In this document: one piece after another, positions 50,784 through 61,469 of the stretch
Layout of the letters: each line of letters opens with the position of its first letter
Position numbering within the stretch: the first letter of the stretch is position 1
NCBI GenBank assembly: GCA_913063045.1
Contig: CAJXYM010000006.1
Coordinates: 6,339 to 70,338 of the forward strand
Length of the DNA stretch: 64,000 nucleotides
Direction of reading: 5' to 3'
Source of the DNA: an uncultured Flavobacteriales bacterium
GTDB taxonomy: Bacteria > Bacteroidota > Bacteroidia > Flavobacteriales > BACL11
Notes under the pieces: model-generated
What the model saw: only the letters and a program-made list of their open reading frames with translations
What the model was told of the DNA's origin: nothing
Databases searched by the model: none
Position numbers and translations under genes: made by a program

Positions 50784-51659
50784 TTATTTTTTAGGCTTTG
50801 TTCTTCCTGATCCTCCACCTGAAGGCCTAGAATTAGATCGGTTATTTGATTTAAATGAATTAGATCGGTTGTTTGATTTGAATGAATTTGATTTATCATT
50901 TGATCGATTATTAGATTTGTAAGAATTATTTTTTTTGAAAGTTTTATTAGATTTTGTTTTAGTCTCTGAAGGACTATTGATAGAATTATTATTATTATTA
51001 TTTACGTTGTTGTTATTCCAAGGTCTTTTAACAGTAGATCTGGAATTATTATTAAAGCTATTCTGTTGTATATTTTGAAATGATTTATTGTTAAGGGTGT
51101 TGTATTTGACTCCTGTTTTACTCGAGCCTGAGACTAAAGATCCTCTTGGTCCAAAAGAAGAATTGCTATTTTCACCGTATTGATTATTGGTGTAATTATT
51201 ATACCCATAGTAGTTGTTATACATGCCGTGATGCCCATTATAACCGTAGTGATTATAGTATGAGTTATATCCAAAAGGAGAATATGAGTAATATGGGCTA
51301 AATCCATTATGTCCAAAATAAATACTTGATCCATAATAAAAAGGGTCTTGATTATACCAGTAATAATCTGTATAAATTCCAGAGTAAAACCCTGTAGAAT
51401 ACATCATTGGCGAATGAAATCTCCTTATTCTTGAAGAATAACTGAAATCATAATAATTATTTGCTTCAAATCTATTATCTTCATAATAAGTAATTGTGTC
51501 TTCATTATTTTCAGTATTTAGATTATATGCTTCCTCTAAAGTCGCAATTGAACTAAACTCATTGCTTGATAAATAATTAGGGTCAGAAAAAAAACTCTGG
51601 TTAGTTGAGATGCATGAGGTGAAGGAAATCACAACTATTAATATTAAATAATTTTTCAT
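50784..51659 (-). CDS. Lipoprotein with Y/N/G-rich and N/S/R-rich low-complexity regions
   Basis: Lipobox FTSC, YSSRIRRFH core, disordered tail ending GGGSGR. Confidence 0.85.
   Translation of the reverse strand: MKNYLILIVVISFTSCISTNQSFFSDPNYLSSNEFSSIATLEEAYNLNTENNEDTITYYEDNRFEANNYYDFSYSSRIRRFHSPMMYSTGFYSGIYTDYYWYNQDPFYYGSSIYFGHNGFSPYYSYSPFGYNSYYNHYGYNGHHGMYNNYYGYNNYTNNQYGENSNSSFGPRGSLVSGSSKTGVKYNTLNNKSFQNIQQNSFNNNSRSTVKRPWNNNNVNNNNNNSINSPSETKTKSNKTFKKNNSYKSNNRSNDKSNSFKSNNRSNSFKSNNRSNSRPSGGGSGRTKPKK
50830..50883. repeat. 27-bp in-frame tandem duplication
   Basis: GAATTAGATCGGTT(A/G)TTTGATTT(A/G)AAT twice, encoding the SFKSNNRSN repeat. Confidence 0.85.
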
Positions 51660-51769
51660 GATGATATTGTTTATTAGACAGCTTTACTATATTAAAAGTT
51701 TAATTAGATTTGTAGGTGCTTAATTATTAAACGTATTTAATATTACAAAATTACATTATTTAAGATAAA

Positions 51770-53242
51770 ATGTCAAAAAAAATAACACCTAGAGAAAAAG
51801 ATTATTCAATATGGTATAATGATATTGTTCAACATGCTGATTTAGCAGAAAATTCCGGAGTGAGGGGATGCATGGTAATTAAGCCTTATGGCTATGCAAT
51901 ATGGGAGAAAATGCAAGCAGAACTTGATAAGAAATTTAAAGAGACTGGACACCTTAATGCTTATTTCCCTCTATTTATACCTAAATCATATTTTAGTAAA
52001 GAAGCAAGTCATGTTGATGGGTTTGCTAAAGAATGTGCTGTTGTTACTCATTATAGATTAAAAACATCTGAAGATGGTAAAGAAATAGTTGTTGATGAGA
52101 CTGCTAAATTAGAAGAGGAGTTAATTGTTCGCCCTACTTCGGAAACAATAATTTGGGATACTTACAGGAAATGGGTGCAATCATATAGAGATTTGCCATT
52201 ACTTATAAATCAATGGGCAAATGTTGTAAGGTGGGAAATGAGAACAAGACTGTTTTTAAGAACAACAGAGTTTTTATGGCAAGAAGGACACACTGCTCAT
52301 GCTACAAAAGAAGAGGCAATTATTGAAACAGAAAAGATGATTAATGTTTACGCTGATTTTTCACAGGATTTTATGGCAATGCCGGTTGTTATTGGATTAA
52401 AGTCAGAAAATGAAAGATTTGCAGGTGCACTTGAGACTTATTGCATAGAGGCACTTATGCAAGATGGTAAAGCACTTCAAGCTGGAACATCGCATTTTTT
52501 AGGTCAGAATTTTGCAAAAGCCTTTGACGTTAAGTATGCTAATAAAGAAGGGAAAAAAGAATATGTTTGGGCAACTTCTTGGGGGGTTTCTACGAGATTG
52601 ATGGGGGCTTTAGTTATGACGCATTCTGATGATAAAGGTTTAGTTCTTCCTCCAAAACTTGCTCCATATCAAGTTGTTATTGTTCCTATTTATAAAGGAG
52701 CTGAGCAATTAGAGGAAATTACAATATCTGTTTTAAAAGTTAAGTCTGACCTTGAAAAAAGAGGAATTTCAGTTAAATTTGATAATAGAGATACTCATAA
52801 GCCAGGATGGAAGTTTGCTGAATATGAATTAAAAGGAGTTCCTGTAAGATTAGCTATAGGAATGAGAGATTTAGAAAATGGAACTATAGAGGTGGCAAGA
52901 AGAGACACTCTTGAAAAGGAAACTTTGCAAATCATAGATATTGATTTGAAGATAGATAGCTTATTAATAAATATTCAAGAAAATTTATTTAATAAAGCAA
53001 GTAATTTTCGTGATGCTAACACATTTAAGGCTAGTTCTTATGATGAATTTAAAAAATTAATTAAAAAGGGAGGATTTGTTTATGCGCATTGGGATGGGAC
53101 AAGTGAGTCAGAATTAAAAATTAAAAACGATACTAAAGCAACTATAAGATGTATTCCTCAAATTAATACTGATGAAGAAGGAACTTGTATTATTAGTGGA
53201 AAACTATCTAAGCAAAGAGTGTTATTTGCTAAATCATATTAA
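51770..53242 (+). CDS. proS: Proline-tRNA ligase (archaeal/eukaryotic type)
   Basis: [32 protein letters not shown]-terminal FAKSY. Confidence 0.98.
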   Translation: MSKKITPREKDYSIWYNDIVQHADLAENSGVRGCMVIKPYGYAIWEKMQAELDKKFKETGHLNAYFPLFIPKSYFSKEASHVDGFAKECAVVTHYRLKTSEDGKEIVVDETAKLEEELIVRPTSETIIWDTYRKWVQSYRDLPLLINQWANVVRWEMRTRLFLRTTEFLWQEGHTAHATKEEAIIETEKMINVYADFSQDFMAMPVVIGLKSENERFAGALETYCIEALMQDGKALQAGTSHFLGQNFAKAFDVKYANKEGKKEYVWATSWGVSTRLMGALVMTHSDDKGLVLPPKLAPYQVVIVPIYKGAEQLEEITISVLKVKSDLEKRGISVKFDNRDTHKPGWKFAEYELKGVPVRLAIGMRDLENGTIEVARRDTLEKETLQIIDIDLKIDSLLINIQENLFNKASNFRDANTFKASSYDEFKKLIKKGGFVYAHWDGTSESELKIKNDTKATIRCIPQINTDEEGTCIISGKLSKQRVLFAKSY

Positions 53243-53248
53243 ATAATT

Positions 53249-53920
53249 ATGAGTAAAAGTAATAAAATAGTAGAATTATTAAAAGAAAAGTCTGCAACTA
53301 AGCAATTGATTTATAGAAATACAAAAGAAGTTTTTGAAAATTTAGTTATTTCGTTAAAGGCAAAAGAAAAATCTTTATCTAAGTTATTAAAAAAAGAAGA
53401 AAATGCTGTTAAATTAGAGTTTAAATCAAATGGAATATTTGATGTGCAGCTTAAATTTGCTGGAGACACACTTCTTTTTCATATGCACTCTAATGTTTTT
53501 GATTTCCCTCCAGATCATAATATTTTTAAGTCTAAATATGTAAAGAAAGATAATTCAAGAAGTTTCTGTGGCGTTATTAATATTTATAATTTTCTTTCAG
53601 ATTCATTAAAATATAATCGCTTAAATGATGAGGGAGTATTAATTGGTAGAGTTTTTATTAATAAAGAAAAAAAATTCTTTGTTGAGGGCGACGAAGATTT
53701 AGGGTCTTTATTTAAAGATTTCTCTAAAAAAGAAATTAATGCTGAATCTATAGATGAGATTATAAATACATGTATGATTTTTACTTTAAATTTTGATTTA
53801 TGTTCTCCTAATTTTAATGATGTGAGATTAGTTTCTGTTCATAATTTGTTAGCAATGAGTATGAATCAAAAAATCAAAACTTCTAAAAGACTAGGATATA
53901 AGTTGTCGCATGAAAATTAA
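53249..53920 (+). CDS. Hypothetical protein, probably conserved
   Basis: 223-aa ORF 6 nt after proS; FAGDTLLFHMHSNVF and IYNFLSDSLKYNR look like conserved blocks; no function recognised. Confidence 0.75.
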   Translation: MSKSNKIVELLKEKSATKQLIYRNTKEVFENLVISLKAKEKSLSKLLKKEENAVKLEFKSNGIFDVQLKFAGDTLLFHMHSNVFDFPPDHNIFKSKYVKKDNSRSFCGVINIYNFLSDSLKYNRLNDEGVLIGRVFINKEKKFFVEGDEDLGSLFKDFSKKEINAESIDEIINTCMIFTLNFDLCSPNFNDVRLVSVHNLLAMSMNQKIKTSKRLGYKLSHEN

Positions 53921-54077
53921 TTTTTTCAGATGGAAATTTGAACTACATAATAATTTATAAGATAATTCTTAGTTGTTAAAACCAAAATGGTTTTAGAAAA
54001 AATATGAATATTTATAGACTAATCTTAGCGACAATTTTGTATTAATTTATTTTATCATAATTATTAATTATTAAATA

Positions 54078-54108
54078 TTTGCTAGGTTTTAAAAAAAGTA
54101 TAAATTTG
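54078..54108 (+). promoter_or_regulatory. Consensus Bacteroidota sigma-A promoter for tRNA-Glu-rpsT
   Basis: TTTG (54078-54081), 19-nt spacer, TAAATTTG (54101-54108). Confidence 0.8.
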
Positions 54109-54132
54109 CAGCCTCGATTTGAGAATCATTAT

Positions 54133-54204
54133 GGCCCGGTCGTCTAGTGGTTAGGACGCCAGGTTTTCATCCTGGTAACCGGGGTTCGATTCCCCGTCGG
54201 GCTA
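54133..54204 (+). tRNA. tRNA-Glu(TTC)
   Basis: GGCCCGG/TCGGGCT acceptor, CCAGG-TTTTCAT-CCTGG anticodon arm, GGTTCGATTCC; CCA not encoded. Confidence 0.97.
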
Positions 54205-54219
54205 CAAAAAAACAAAAAT

Positions 54220-54474
54220 ATGGCAAATCATAAATCAGCATTAAAAAGAATAAGACAGTCTGAAACACGTAGACTTCTTAATAAATATAAACATAAAACA
54301 GCTCGTAATTCTGTAAGAGAGCTGCGCGCATTAACAGATAAGAAGGCAGCAGGTACTATGTTGCCTAAAGTTGTCTCAATGCTTGATAAATTAACTAAAG
54401 TTAATATTATTCATAGAAATAAGGCATCTAATCTCAAGACAAGTCTTACCAAGCATGTTAACGCATTAGCTTAA
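54220..54474 (+). CDS. rpsT: 30S ribosomal protein S20
   Basis: [13 protein letters not shown]...IIHRNKASN. Confidence 0.99.
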   Translation: MANHKSALKRIRQSETRRLLNKYKHKTARNSVRELRALTDKKAAGTMLPKVVSMLDKLTKVNIIHRNKASNLKTSLTKHVNALA

Positions 54475-54501
54475 ATCTTTATCCCTTTACAAAATAATTT
54501 G

Positions 54502-54533
54502 AAAAGGCTTATCATTTTGATAAGCCTTTTTTT
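54502..54533 (+). terminator. Intrinsic terminator after rpsT
   Basis: AAAAGGCTTATCA-ttt-TGATAAGCCTTTT plus T-run. Confidence 0.9.
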
Positions 54534-54575
54534 GGTTAAAAATTTAACTTTACAAAAAATAATTTATAATTTTCA

Positions 54576-55268
54576 ATGAAAATAACGCATGTTTTTTTTG
54601 ATTTGGACAGAACACTTTGGGACTTTGATCTTAACTCATACAACACCTTATTAGATATTTTTCATGATTTTTCTCTAAAAGATAAAGGAATTAAAGATCC
54701 TGTTTTTTTTATTGAACAGTATATCAAGATAAACGAATCTCTTTGGGGTCTTTACAGGGATGATTTAATAACTAAAGAAGACTTAAGATCTAGGAGGTTT
54801 TATCAAACATTACAGGAATATTCAATTCAAGATCTTCAATTAGCAAAAGATATTGGTGATGCATATGTTAAAAATTCTCCATTACAAACAGTATTGTTTC
54901 CTCATACAATAGAAATTTTAACTTATCTTAAAAAAAAATACTCTCTGAGTATTATTACTAATGGGTTTGAAGAAGTTCAGCATATTAAATTAAAGGCATC
55001 TGCTATTGATCATTTTTTCGACCATGTTGTAACATCTGAAGCGGTTGATGTTAAAAAACCAAATCCTATTATATTTCAATATGCTCTGGATAAAGCAAAA
55101 GTCAGTGCCAAAAGTAGTATAATGATTGGTGATGACTTGCCTGTCGATATTCTTGGAGCAAAATCAATGGGTATGTCTCATGTGTTTTTTAACCCCAAAA
55201 AGAATAGTCATTCTCAAAAAATAGATTTTGAGATTTCATGTCTTAGTGATTTGAAAAATATTTTATAG
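54576..55268 (+). CDS. YjjG-family HAD nucleotidase
   Basis: FFDLDRTLWDF, ITNGF, KP.P.IF, MIGDD...D. Confidence 0.93.
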   Translation: MKITHVFFDLDRTLWDFDLNSYNTLLDIFHDFSLKDKGIKDPVFFIEQYIKINESLWGLYRDDLITKEDLRSRRFYQTLQEYSIQDLQLAKDIGDAYVKNSPLQTVLFPHTIEILTYLKKKYSLSIITNGFEEVQHIKLKASAIDHFFDHVVTSEAVDVKKPNPIIFQYALDKAKVSAKSSIMIGDDLPVDILGAKSMGMSHVFFNPKKNSHSQKIDFEISCLSDLKNIL

Positions 55269-55271
55269 AAA

Positions 55272-56858
55272 TTATTTAATAATTTCCGTTAGTGGATTTC
55301 CAGAACATCCGTTGGGAAATGAAATGCCTAGTATAGAGCTTACGGTTGGCGCAATATCTTTTATATTAACTCTGTTGTATGTTTTTCCTTGTTCAACCTC
55401 CCCACCCCAAAATATTAAAGGGACATGCGTATCATAATTATGTGAAGACCCATGAGTTGTACCGCCCTTCTCGTAACTTTTACTAATCCACCCGGGCTGA
55501 AGAGCTACTATTACATCTCCGGATCTTTTTTGATTAAAACCTCTTTGTATTTTAGCATGTTGAGAGTTATTATATTCATAATTGTGCATTTGATATGCTG
55601 TATATGAATTTTTCACCCAACTATATTTAAGTAGAAATTTAGCGCAAATTTCTTGAATTTCTCTTATTTCAATATCTAAATTTTCTGCTATTAAATCATG
55701 ATTTAAAAATACTTGATTGTTCGAATAACTTAAAATATAATTATTTTCATCAGTAATCTGTGCTGGCCAATTGAAGTAATCTTTCAAATAAAGATTTAAT
55801 TCATTTTTCATTTGTAAACTTGAGAAATAACCTGATGGTATTTTATTTTCTTGTAGTTTATGAGGCTCAGATACTACACCATGATCTGCTGTTAAAAAAA
55901 CTAAAGTATTTTCAAAGCCTATGTGCTCCTCAACATATTTAAGAATTCTTGAAATTTCTTGATCAAGCTTTACATAAGTATCTAAGATTTCGAATGAATG
56001 AGGTCCATATTGATGTCCAATATAATCTGTAGATGAAAAACTAATTGATAGAAAATCAGTTGATTTTTGTTGTCCTAATTTTTCATTTTTAAGAATTTCC
56101 AAGGAAAGGTCTGCAAGAATTGTATTTCCTTGAGGGGTGCTTTTAATAATGCCGGCTCCATTAGCGTCAAATAATGAGTCTAAGTTATGTTTAAAGTGGT
56201 TTTTAAGACTCCATTCTCCTTTTAGGTAACTTGAGGCTGAGGTGTTGTTTTGATGCGTTATAAGCCATTGTGGTAGTTGATTCATATAAAAGCTACTTGT
56301 GATCCATTGACCATTTTTATCCATCCAATATGCAGCGTCAGCAGAATGGCCTGCTGAGAGAATTGCTCCTCTATCTTTTAATGATATTCCAATTACCTTA
56401 GATTCTGGGTTGAATAACTGAATTTCGTCTCCAATAGTTGTTGTTAGCATATGATGAGGAGACATTTTTCCATCTGATGATTCTATATCTTCAATATTCT
56501 CATTACAATTACATACGGTATGCATATCACCATTACCTGCACAGTAAACTGATTTTTTTTTGTTTTTATCATACCAGTTATTAGCAATAATTCCATGAGA
56601 AGATGGAGTTGTTCCTGTAAATATACTTGCATGACCAGGGCCTGTATATGTTGGTACATAACTAAAGTGAGTATTTCTGAAAAAATAACCATCATTTACA
56701 AGTTTTTTAAATCCATTTTTTTCAAATTTTTCCCAAAAACGGTCTATATAATCATATCTCATTTGATCTACCACAATACCAATTACTAATTTTGGTTTTT
56801 TTGCATTTAAATTAATAGATGTCATAAATATTAATGTAATCAAAAGAATTTTTTTCAT
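55272..56858 (-). CDS. pafA: PafA-type alkaline phosphatase
   Basis: VVDQMR, PTYTGPGHA (Thr nucleophile), SLKDRGA, DYIGH, TADHG, THGS. Confidence 0.92.
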   Translation of the reverse strand: MKKILLITLIFMTSINLNAKKPKLVIGIVVDQMRYDYIDRFWEKFEKNGFKKLVNDGYFFRNTHFSYVPTYTGPGHASIFTGTTPSSHGIIANNWYDKNKKKSVYCAGNGDMHTVCNCNENIEDIESSDGKMSPHHMLTTTIGDEIQLFNPESKVIGISLKDRGAILSAGHSADAAYWMDKNGQWITSSFYMNQLPQWLITHQNNTSASSYLKGEWSLKNHFKHNLDSLFDANGAGIIKSTPQGNTILADLSLEILKNEKLGQQKSTDFLSISFSSTDYIGHQYGPHSFEILDTYVKLDQEISRILKYVEEHIGFENTLVFLTADHGVVSEPHKLQENKIPSGYFSSLQMKNELNLYLKDYFNWPAQITDENNYILSYSNNQVFLNHDLIAENLDIEIREIQEICAKFLLKYSWVKNSYTAYQMHNYEYNNSQHAKIQRGFNQKRSGDVIVALQPGWISKSYEKGGTTHGSSHNYDTHVPLIFWGGEVEQGKTYNRVNIKDIAPTVSSILGISFPNGCSGNPLTEIIK

Positions 56859-56859
56859 T

Positions 56860-57003
56860 TTATTTTTTTTTAAATTTATAGACTATAATTGATAGTACTA
56901 CCGCAACAATAACATCATAGATAGGCTTGACTTCAGGCCAGCCAAAATTCCAAAGAATAACCATTAATAACCAAAAAAACCAAATTTTATTAAACTGTTG
57001 CAT
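56860..57003 (-). CDS. Small two-helix membrane protein, 47 aa (not in ORF track)
   Basis: Hand translation MQQFNKIWFFWLLMVILWNFGWPEVKPIYDVIVAVVLSIIVYKFKKK*; fills the gap between PAP2 and pafA. Confidence 0.75.
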   Translation of the reverse strand: MQQFNKIWFFWLLMVILWNFGWPEVKPIYDVIVAVVLSIIVYKFKKK

Positions 57004-57541
57004 TAAGTTTAATTTTAAGTGTTTTATATGAGATTATACTTACTAATATTCCCCAAAACATTCCTCCTAAAATATCAAGAGGGAAGTGAACTCCTAAATA
57101 TATTCTACTAAAGCCAACAAGGCTAGCCAGAGTAAATAAGCTTATAAAAAGTTTTAGATCTTTTAATATTAAACTAATAAAGAAAGAAATTGAGAACATA
57201 TTAGCTGCATGAGATGAAATAAATCCATATTGTCCACCACAATCGCCAATAAGACGAATTTCATTCAAGTTTAAAAGATGACATGGTCTAAGTCTTTGTA
57301 TCATATTTTTGAATAGATGAACGCTGCCAAAGTCTGCCAAAAAAATTAACACTGCTATTGACAATAATATCCAGAAAAATTTCTTTGGATTAAAATTATA
57401 AAGTTTATATAATAGAAATAAATAAAGAGGAATAAAAATAATTTTATTACTCAACAAAATCATTATATTATCTATGCTCTCAAAGCCACTATCATTAATG
57501 AGCTTAAATAAAAATATATCTATATTAACTAATGTTTCCAT
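56990..57541 (-). CDS. PAP2-family membrane phosphatase
   Basis: K..IQRLRP, SSHA, SRIYLGVHFPLD. Confidence 0.93.
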   Translation of the reverse strand: METLVNIDIFLFKLINDSGFESIDNIMILLSNKIIFIPLYLFLLYKLYNFNPKKFFWILLSIAVLIFLADFGSVHLFKNMIQRLRPCHLLNLNEIRLIGDCGGQYGFISSHAANMFSISFFISLILKDLKLFISLFTLASLVGFSRIYLGVHFPLDILGGMFWGILVSIISYKTLKIKLNATV

Positions 57542-57544
57542 TCT

Positions 57545-58540
57545 TTAATTTAATTTATCCCAGATAAGATCTTTTAGTTCTGTTATTCCTTTTAATGTAA
57601 TTGATGATATGAAAATATGGGGAATATTTGCAGGAAGTTGCTCTGTAATTTCATCTATTAGCTCTTGATCAAGCATATCAGACTTACTAATTGCAAGTAT
57701 TCTTTGTTTATCTAACAGTTCGGGATTGTATTTTTTTAACTCAAGAATTAATACTTCATATTCTTTTTTGATGTCATCAGAATCTGCAGGAATCATGAAA
57801 AGTAGTGAAGAATTTCGTTCAATATGTCTTAAAAATCTTAACCCTAATCCCTTGCCTTCCGCTGCACCTTCAATTATCCCAGGAATATCAGCCATAACAA
57901 AGGACTTATGATCTCTGTATGCTACAATACCTAGGTTTGGAACTAATGTTGTAAAGGGATAATTTGCAATTTCTGGTTTGGCAGCTGAAACTACAGAAAG
58001 TAATGTTGATTTTCCTGCATTTGGAAAACCAACTAAGCCTATGTCAGCTAATACTTTTAGTTCTAAAATAAACCAGCTTTCAGTAACATCAACACCGGGT
58101 TGAGAGTAATGTGGAGATTGGTTTGTTGAAGACTTAAAATGAGAATTCCCTCTTCCACCAATTCCTCCTTTAATTAAGATCACTTCTTCTCCTTCTTCTG
58201 TTATTTCAAAGAGAATTTCTCCTGTTTCTGCATTTTTAGCTATTGTACCTAAAGGAACCTCAATAAATCTATCCAGACCTTCTTTACCTGATGAATGATT
58301 TCCACTTCCTGGACCTCCGTGGTCAGCAAAAATATGTTTTGTGTATTTGAGTGGTAAGAGTGTCCACATTTGCTTATTCCCTTTAATAATAATATGCCCG
58401 CCTCTTCCACCATCTCCACCATCAGGACCACCTTTAGCTGTGTTTCTATCTCTTAAAAAATGAGAGGATCCAGCTCCGCCTTTTCCTGATCGGCAAAATA
58501 TTTTTACATAATCTACAAAATTAGAGTTTTTAACCTTCAT
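57545..58540 (-). CDS. obgE: GTPase ObgE
   Basis: [30 protein letters not shown]. Confidence 0.98.
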   Translation of the reverse strand: MKVKNSNFVDYVKIFCRSGKGGAGSSHFLRDRNTAKGGPDGGDGGRGGHIIIKGNKQMWTLLPLKYTKHIFADHGGPGSGNHSSGKEGLDRFIEVPLGTIAKNAETGEILFEITEEGEEVILIKGGIGGRGNSHFKSSTNQSPHYSQPGVDVTESWFILELKVLADIGLVGFPNAGKSTLLSVVSAAKPEIANYPFTTLVPNLGIVAYRDHKSFVMADIPGIIEGAAEGKGLGLRFLRHIERNSSLLFMIPADSDDIKKEYEVLILELKKYNPELLDKQRILAISKSDMLDQELIDEITEQLPANIPHIFISSITLKGITELKDLIWDKLN

Positions 58541-59113
58541 TTATAATTTGTTAATCACTTGATTAATTCTATCATTAATTTCACTTATCGTTCCAAGACC
58601 ACTAATTTCTTTAAGTTTATCTTGTTTGCTGTAGTATAGTTTTAATGGTGCTGTTTTATTGTTATATTCTTTAATTCTATTTGCTATTATTTCAGAGCTT
58701 TGATCGTCTGCTCTGCCAGAATCTTTACCTCTTTCCAGTAACCTTCTAATTAATTCGTTATCATCAACTTTTAAAGAAATCATCGATGAGATTGATTGCT
58801 TATTTCCATCAAGGAGCTGATCTAAAGCAATTGCCTGTTCACTTGTTCTTGGAAACCCATCAAAAATAAAGCCTTTAGATTTTATATTATTTTTAAGTCT
58901 CGATTCAATCATACCTATAACGACATTGTCTGGAACAAGCATTCCGCTATCCATAAGTTCTTTTGCTTTTAGTCCCAATGAAGTCTTTTCACTAATTTCA
59001 TTTCTTAAAAGATCTCCGGTTGAAAGATGCACGAGATTAAATTCTTTTATTAGCATTTCTGACTGAGTTCCTTTTCCTGCTCCTGGAGGTCCAAATAATA
59101 CAATATTTAACAT
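58541..59113 (-). CDS. adk: Adenylate kinase (short LID)
   Basis: GPPGAGKGTQ, STGDLLR, DGFPR. Confidence 0.98.
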   Translation of the reverse strand: MLNIVLFGPPGAGKGTQSEMLIKEFNLVHLSTGDLLRNEISEKTSLGLKAKELMDSGMLVPDNVVIGMIESRLKNNIKSKGFIFDGFPRTSEQAIALDQLLDGNKQSISSMISLKVDDNELIRRLLERGKDSGRADDQSSEIIANRIKEYNNKTAPLKLYYSKQDKLKEISGLGTISEINDRINQVINKL

Positions 59114-59116
59114 TTC

Positions 59117-59677
59117 TTATTCTTTTAATTTATAAATACAAGGAAGATTTCTACCTAGCTCATCATAGTCTAAGCCATATCCGACAACAAAATCATTTTC
59201 AATTTTTTTCCCTATAAAATCAATTGCAAAACTCTTTTTATATGCCTTTGGTTTAAATAATAATGTAGCAATACTTAAACTTGCTACTTCTTCTTTATCT
59301 ATTAAAGCAATCAATTTTTCAAGGGTTATCCCACTATCAATTATATCTTCTACAATGATAATATTTCTATTTTTAATTGATTGATTTATTCCAATTAACT
59401 CATTTACCTTACCTGTTGATTCTGTACCTTCATAAGAGGCTAATTTTATAAATGAAACTTCTAAATTTTTAAGTTTAATTTTTCTTATTAAGTCTGCAGC
59501 AAATAAGAAGGCCCCATTTATAACAACTAAAAAAACTGGATCTATAATATTACTTTTATTAATCTTCTCAGATATTTTTTTTATTATATCTTCTAACTCT
59601 TTATCATCAATAAAAATTTCAAATACTTTATCATGTATCTTTATAGAAGAACTTTTTTCTAATTTTAGCTTAGCCAT
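59117..59677 (-). CDS. hpt: Hypoxanthine phosphoribosyltransferase
   Basis: VEDIIDSGITL, FVVGYGLDY..GRNL. Confidence 0.95.
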   Translation of the reverse strand: MAKLKLEKSSSIKIHDKVFEIFIDDKELEDIIKKISEKINKSNIIDPVFLVVINGAFLFAADLIRKIKLKNLEVSFIKLASYEGTESTGKVNELIGINQSIKNRNIIIVEDIIDSGITLEKLIALIDKEEVASLSIATLLFKPKAYKKSFAIDFIGKKIENDFVVGYGLDYDELGRNLPCIYKLKE

Positions 59678-61371
59678 TTTTTTCTCATATTAGATTGTTT
59701 ATTATTTATTTCTTCAGATTTTTTAATTTCAAATAATTTATAGAATTTTTTAGTTGTAACAAGATTTGTTGTAAATGTTTTAAATTTATTCTTAAATTTT
59801 AATTCAATTTTATTTTTATAGCCTTTAAGACTTTCATTAGTAGAAATAGTGATTTCTTTATTGTTAATTTTTAATAATTCATCTTCTACAGCTACCCCAG
59901 CTAAATCAATAATTGATCCGGGTTCAATAAATCGAACGATATATTTATCATTTACCTTTTGAGTTATAAAACCAAATAATTTAGCGGTAAGGTTTATATT
60001 TTCTTTTTCAATTAATTTCACTCCTACATATTCAAGATTTTCTTTTAATGACGGAATATAATCCTTACTACCATAAAGATGATTCTTGAAAATAGTGTTT
60101 ATTTTTTCACCACCAAATTTAACGCATAAGTCTTTAAAGTTTTTTTCAGAGTATCCAATATTTTTTAGACCATAATTAACAAATAATTCTTTCATAACAT
60201 TATGAAGACTATGTTTTCCTTTTGAGAAGTTTATAATTATTAAATCAATCATTAGCATGCAAAGAGCTGCGTCAGCATAAATGGAAACTTTTCTATTTGG
60301 TATTCCTAATTTATAACCATCAAGCCAGCTGTCAAATCCGCTATCTGCTACAGATAAATTAAATCTGCCCCCATAAGTGAGGTGTCTTTCTAAGTTCTTA
60401 TTTTGTGTAGCTATAAAATCATTCCAATTAAATACTTTGGAGTTGATTAGCATAAGATCTCCCATATAAGTAGTGACTCCTTCTGCAACATAACCTGTTC
60501 TAAAGTAGTTTTCTTTACTGTAGTCATAAGGAAGCATCTCTTTAGGCCTTATTGATTTAATATTCCAAGTATGATATAGCTCATGTGAGCTTACACCTAG
60601 TAAGTCATTGTAATGCTTTGTATCTATATCAGATTCAGGTCCCAGTAAAATCACAGTATTTGTTGTGTGTTCTACACCATGATAACTTCGGTAAGGGGTG
60701 ATCTGAAAAAAGAAATAGTATTCCTTTACAGGAAAACTGCCAAAATGATTTATTTGAGAAATTATGAATGCTAGAAAATCTTTTTTTAGCTTTTTCCAGT
60801 TCGGTTTTTTTAGCCCTTGAAACACAATTTTAAAATTAATTCCAGAGACATTTATGTTCTCCATAACAATTGATGGAGAGCAAATTATGGGGTTTTCAGC
60901 AAGAGCATCAAATCCTTTAATATCAATTCGATTATCATTACTTTTAATAGCACTAGCTATTTTATAATGCTTTGGAATATCAAAATTTAATTGATATTCT
61001 TCATTCATTCTAGAGGGAATATAAAAGAAACAGTGAACTGGGTTAATATAAAGCTGAAACTCATCGAGGTAGCAAGCTCCAGCGTCAAGCTGATTAGAGT
61101 AGTAATTGTATTTAATCACTACTTGATCTATGTTTTTTGTATCAACTTCCCAAAGATCTTTTGTTAGTTTTTGAAAATTTAGAGTTTTCCCATTTTCATC
61201 ATATGCCTGCCAAAACTGAATGTTTTGTGAAAAATTAGCTAATTCATATCTTCCTGGTCTCCAAGCAGCAAGTTGAAAAAGTAATTTATTTTGATTCTTT
61301 GTTTCAGTAGAAAGTTCAAAATCAACAAAATGTTGATGAGGAAATTTATATGAGATTTTATACTTAATCAT
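59665..61371 (-). CDS. M61 glycyl aminopeptidase with PDZ-like domain
   Basis: AWRPGRY, GVEH, HELYHTWN, AEGVTTY. Likely start ATG 61371. Confidence 0.9.
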   Translation of the reverse strand: MIKYKISYKFPHQHFVDFELSTETKNQNKLLFQLAAWRPGRYELANFSQNIQFWQAYDENGKTLNFQKLTKDLWEVDTKNIDQVVIKYNYYSNQLDAGACYLDEFQLYINPVHCFFYIPSRMNEEYQLNFDIPKHYKIASAIKSNDNRIDIKGFDALAENPIICSPSIVMENINVSGINFKIVFQGLKKPNWKKLKKDFLAFIISQINHFGSFPVKEYYFFFQITPYRSYHGVEHTTNTVILLGPESDIDTKHYNDLLGVSSHELYHTWNIKSIRPKEMLPYDYSKENYFRTGYVAEGVTTYMGDLMLINSKVFNWNDFIATQNKNLERHLTYGGRFNLSVADSGFDSWLDGYKLGIPNRKVSIYADAALCMLMIDLIIINFSKGKHSLHNVMKELFVNYGLKNIGYSEKNFKDLCVKFGGEKINTIFKNHLYGSKDYIPSLKENLEYVGVKLIEKENINLTAKLFGFITQKVNDKYIVRFIEPGSIIDLAGVAVEDELLKINNKEITISTNESLKGYKNKIELKFKNKFKTFTTNLVTTKKFYKLFEIKKSEEINNKQSNMRKKWLS

Positions 61372-61469
61372 ACATATTTTATTAGTGAGCAAAAATACAA
61401 ATTTTAAGAATGAATTAGAGATATTTTAGCTAATATTGCAAAGTAATAATTAACTAAAAAAAGAAAAAA

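Noticed and set aside
51770-53242. Archaeal-type ProRS as recent horizontal transfer
   Set aside because: This type is normal in Bacteroidota.
53921-54077. AT-rich gap before tRNA-Glu as an ncRNA or origin
   Set aside because: No stable structure or DnaA-box cluster seen; consistent with promoter-upstream DNA.
54133-54204. tRNA-Glu as a second integration site
   Set aside because: Directly followed by rpsT; no integrase or duplicated 3' end.
8218-58431. Short antisense or alternate-frame ORFs in the track (e.g. 8218, 9748, 13026, 20240, 31336, 36766, 39601, 45431, 51134, 56483, 58249)
   Set aside because: All overlap well-supported genes and have no recognisable motifs; treated as shadow ORFs.
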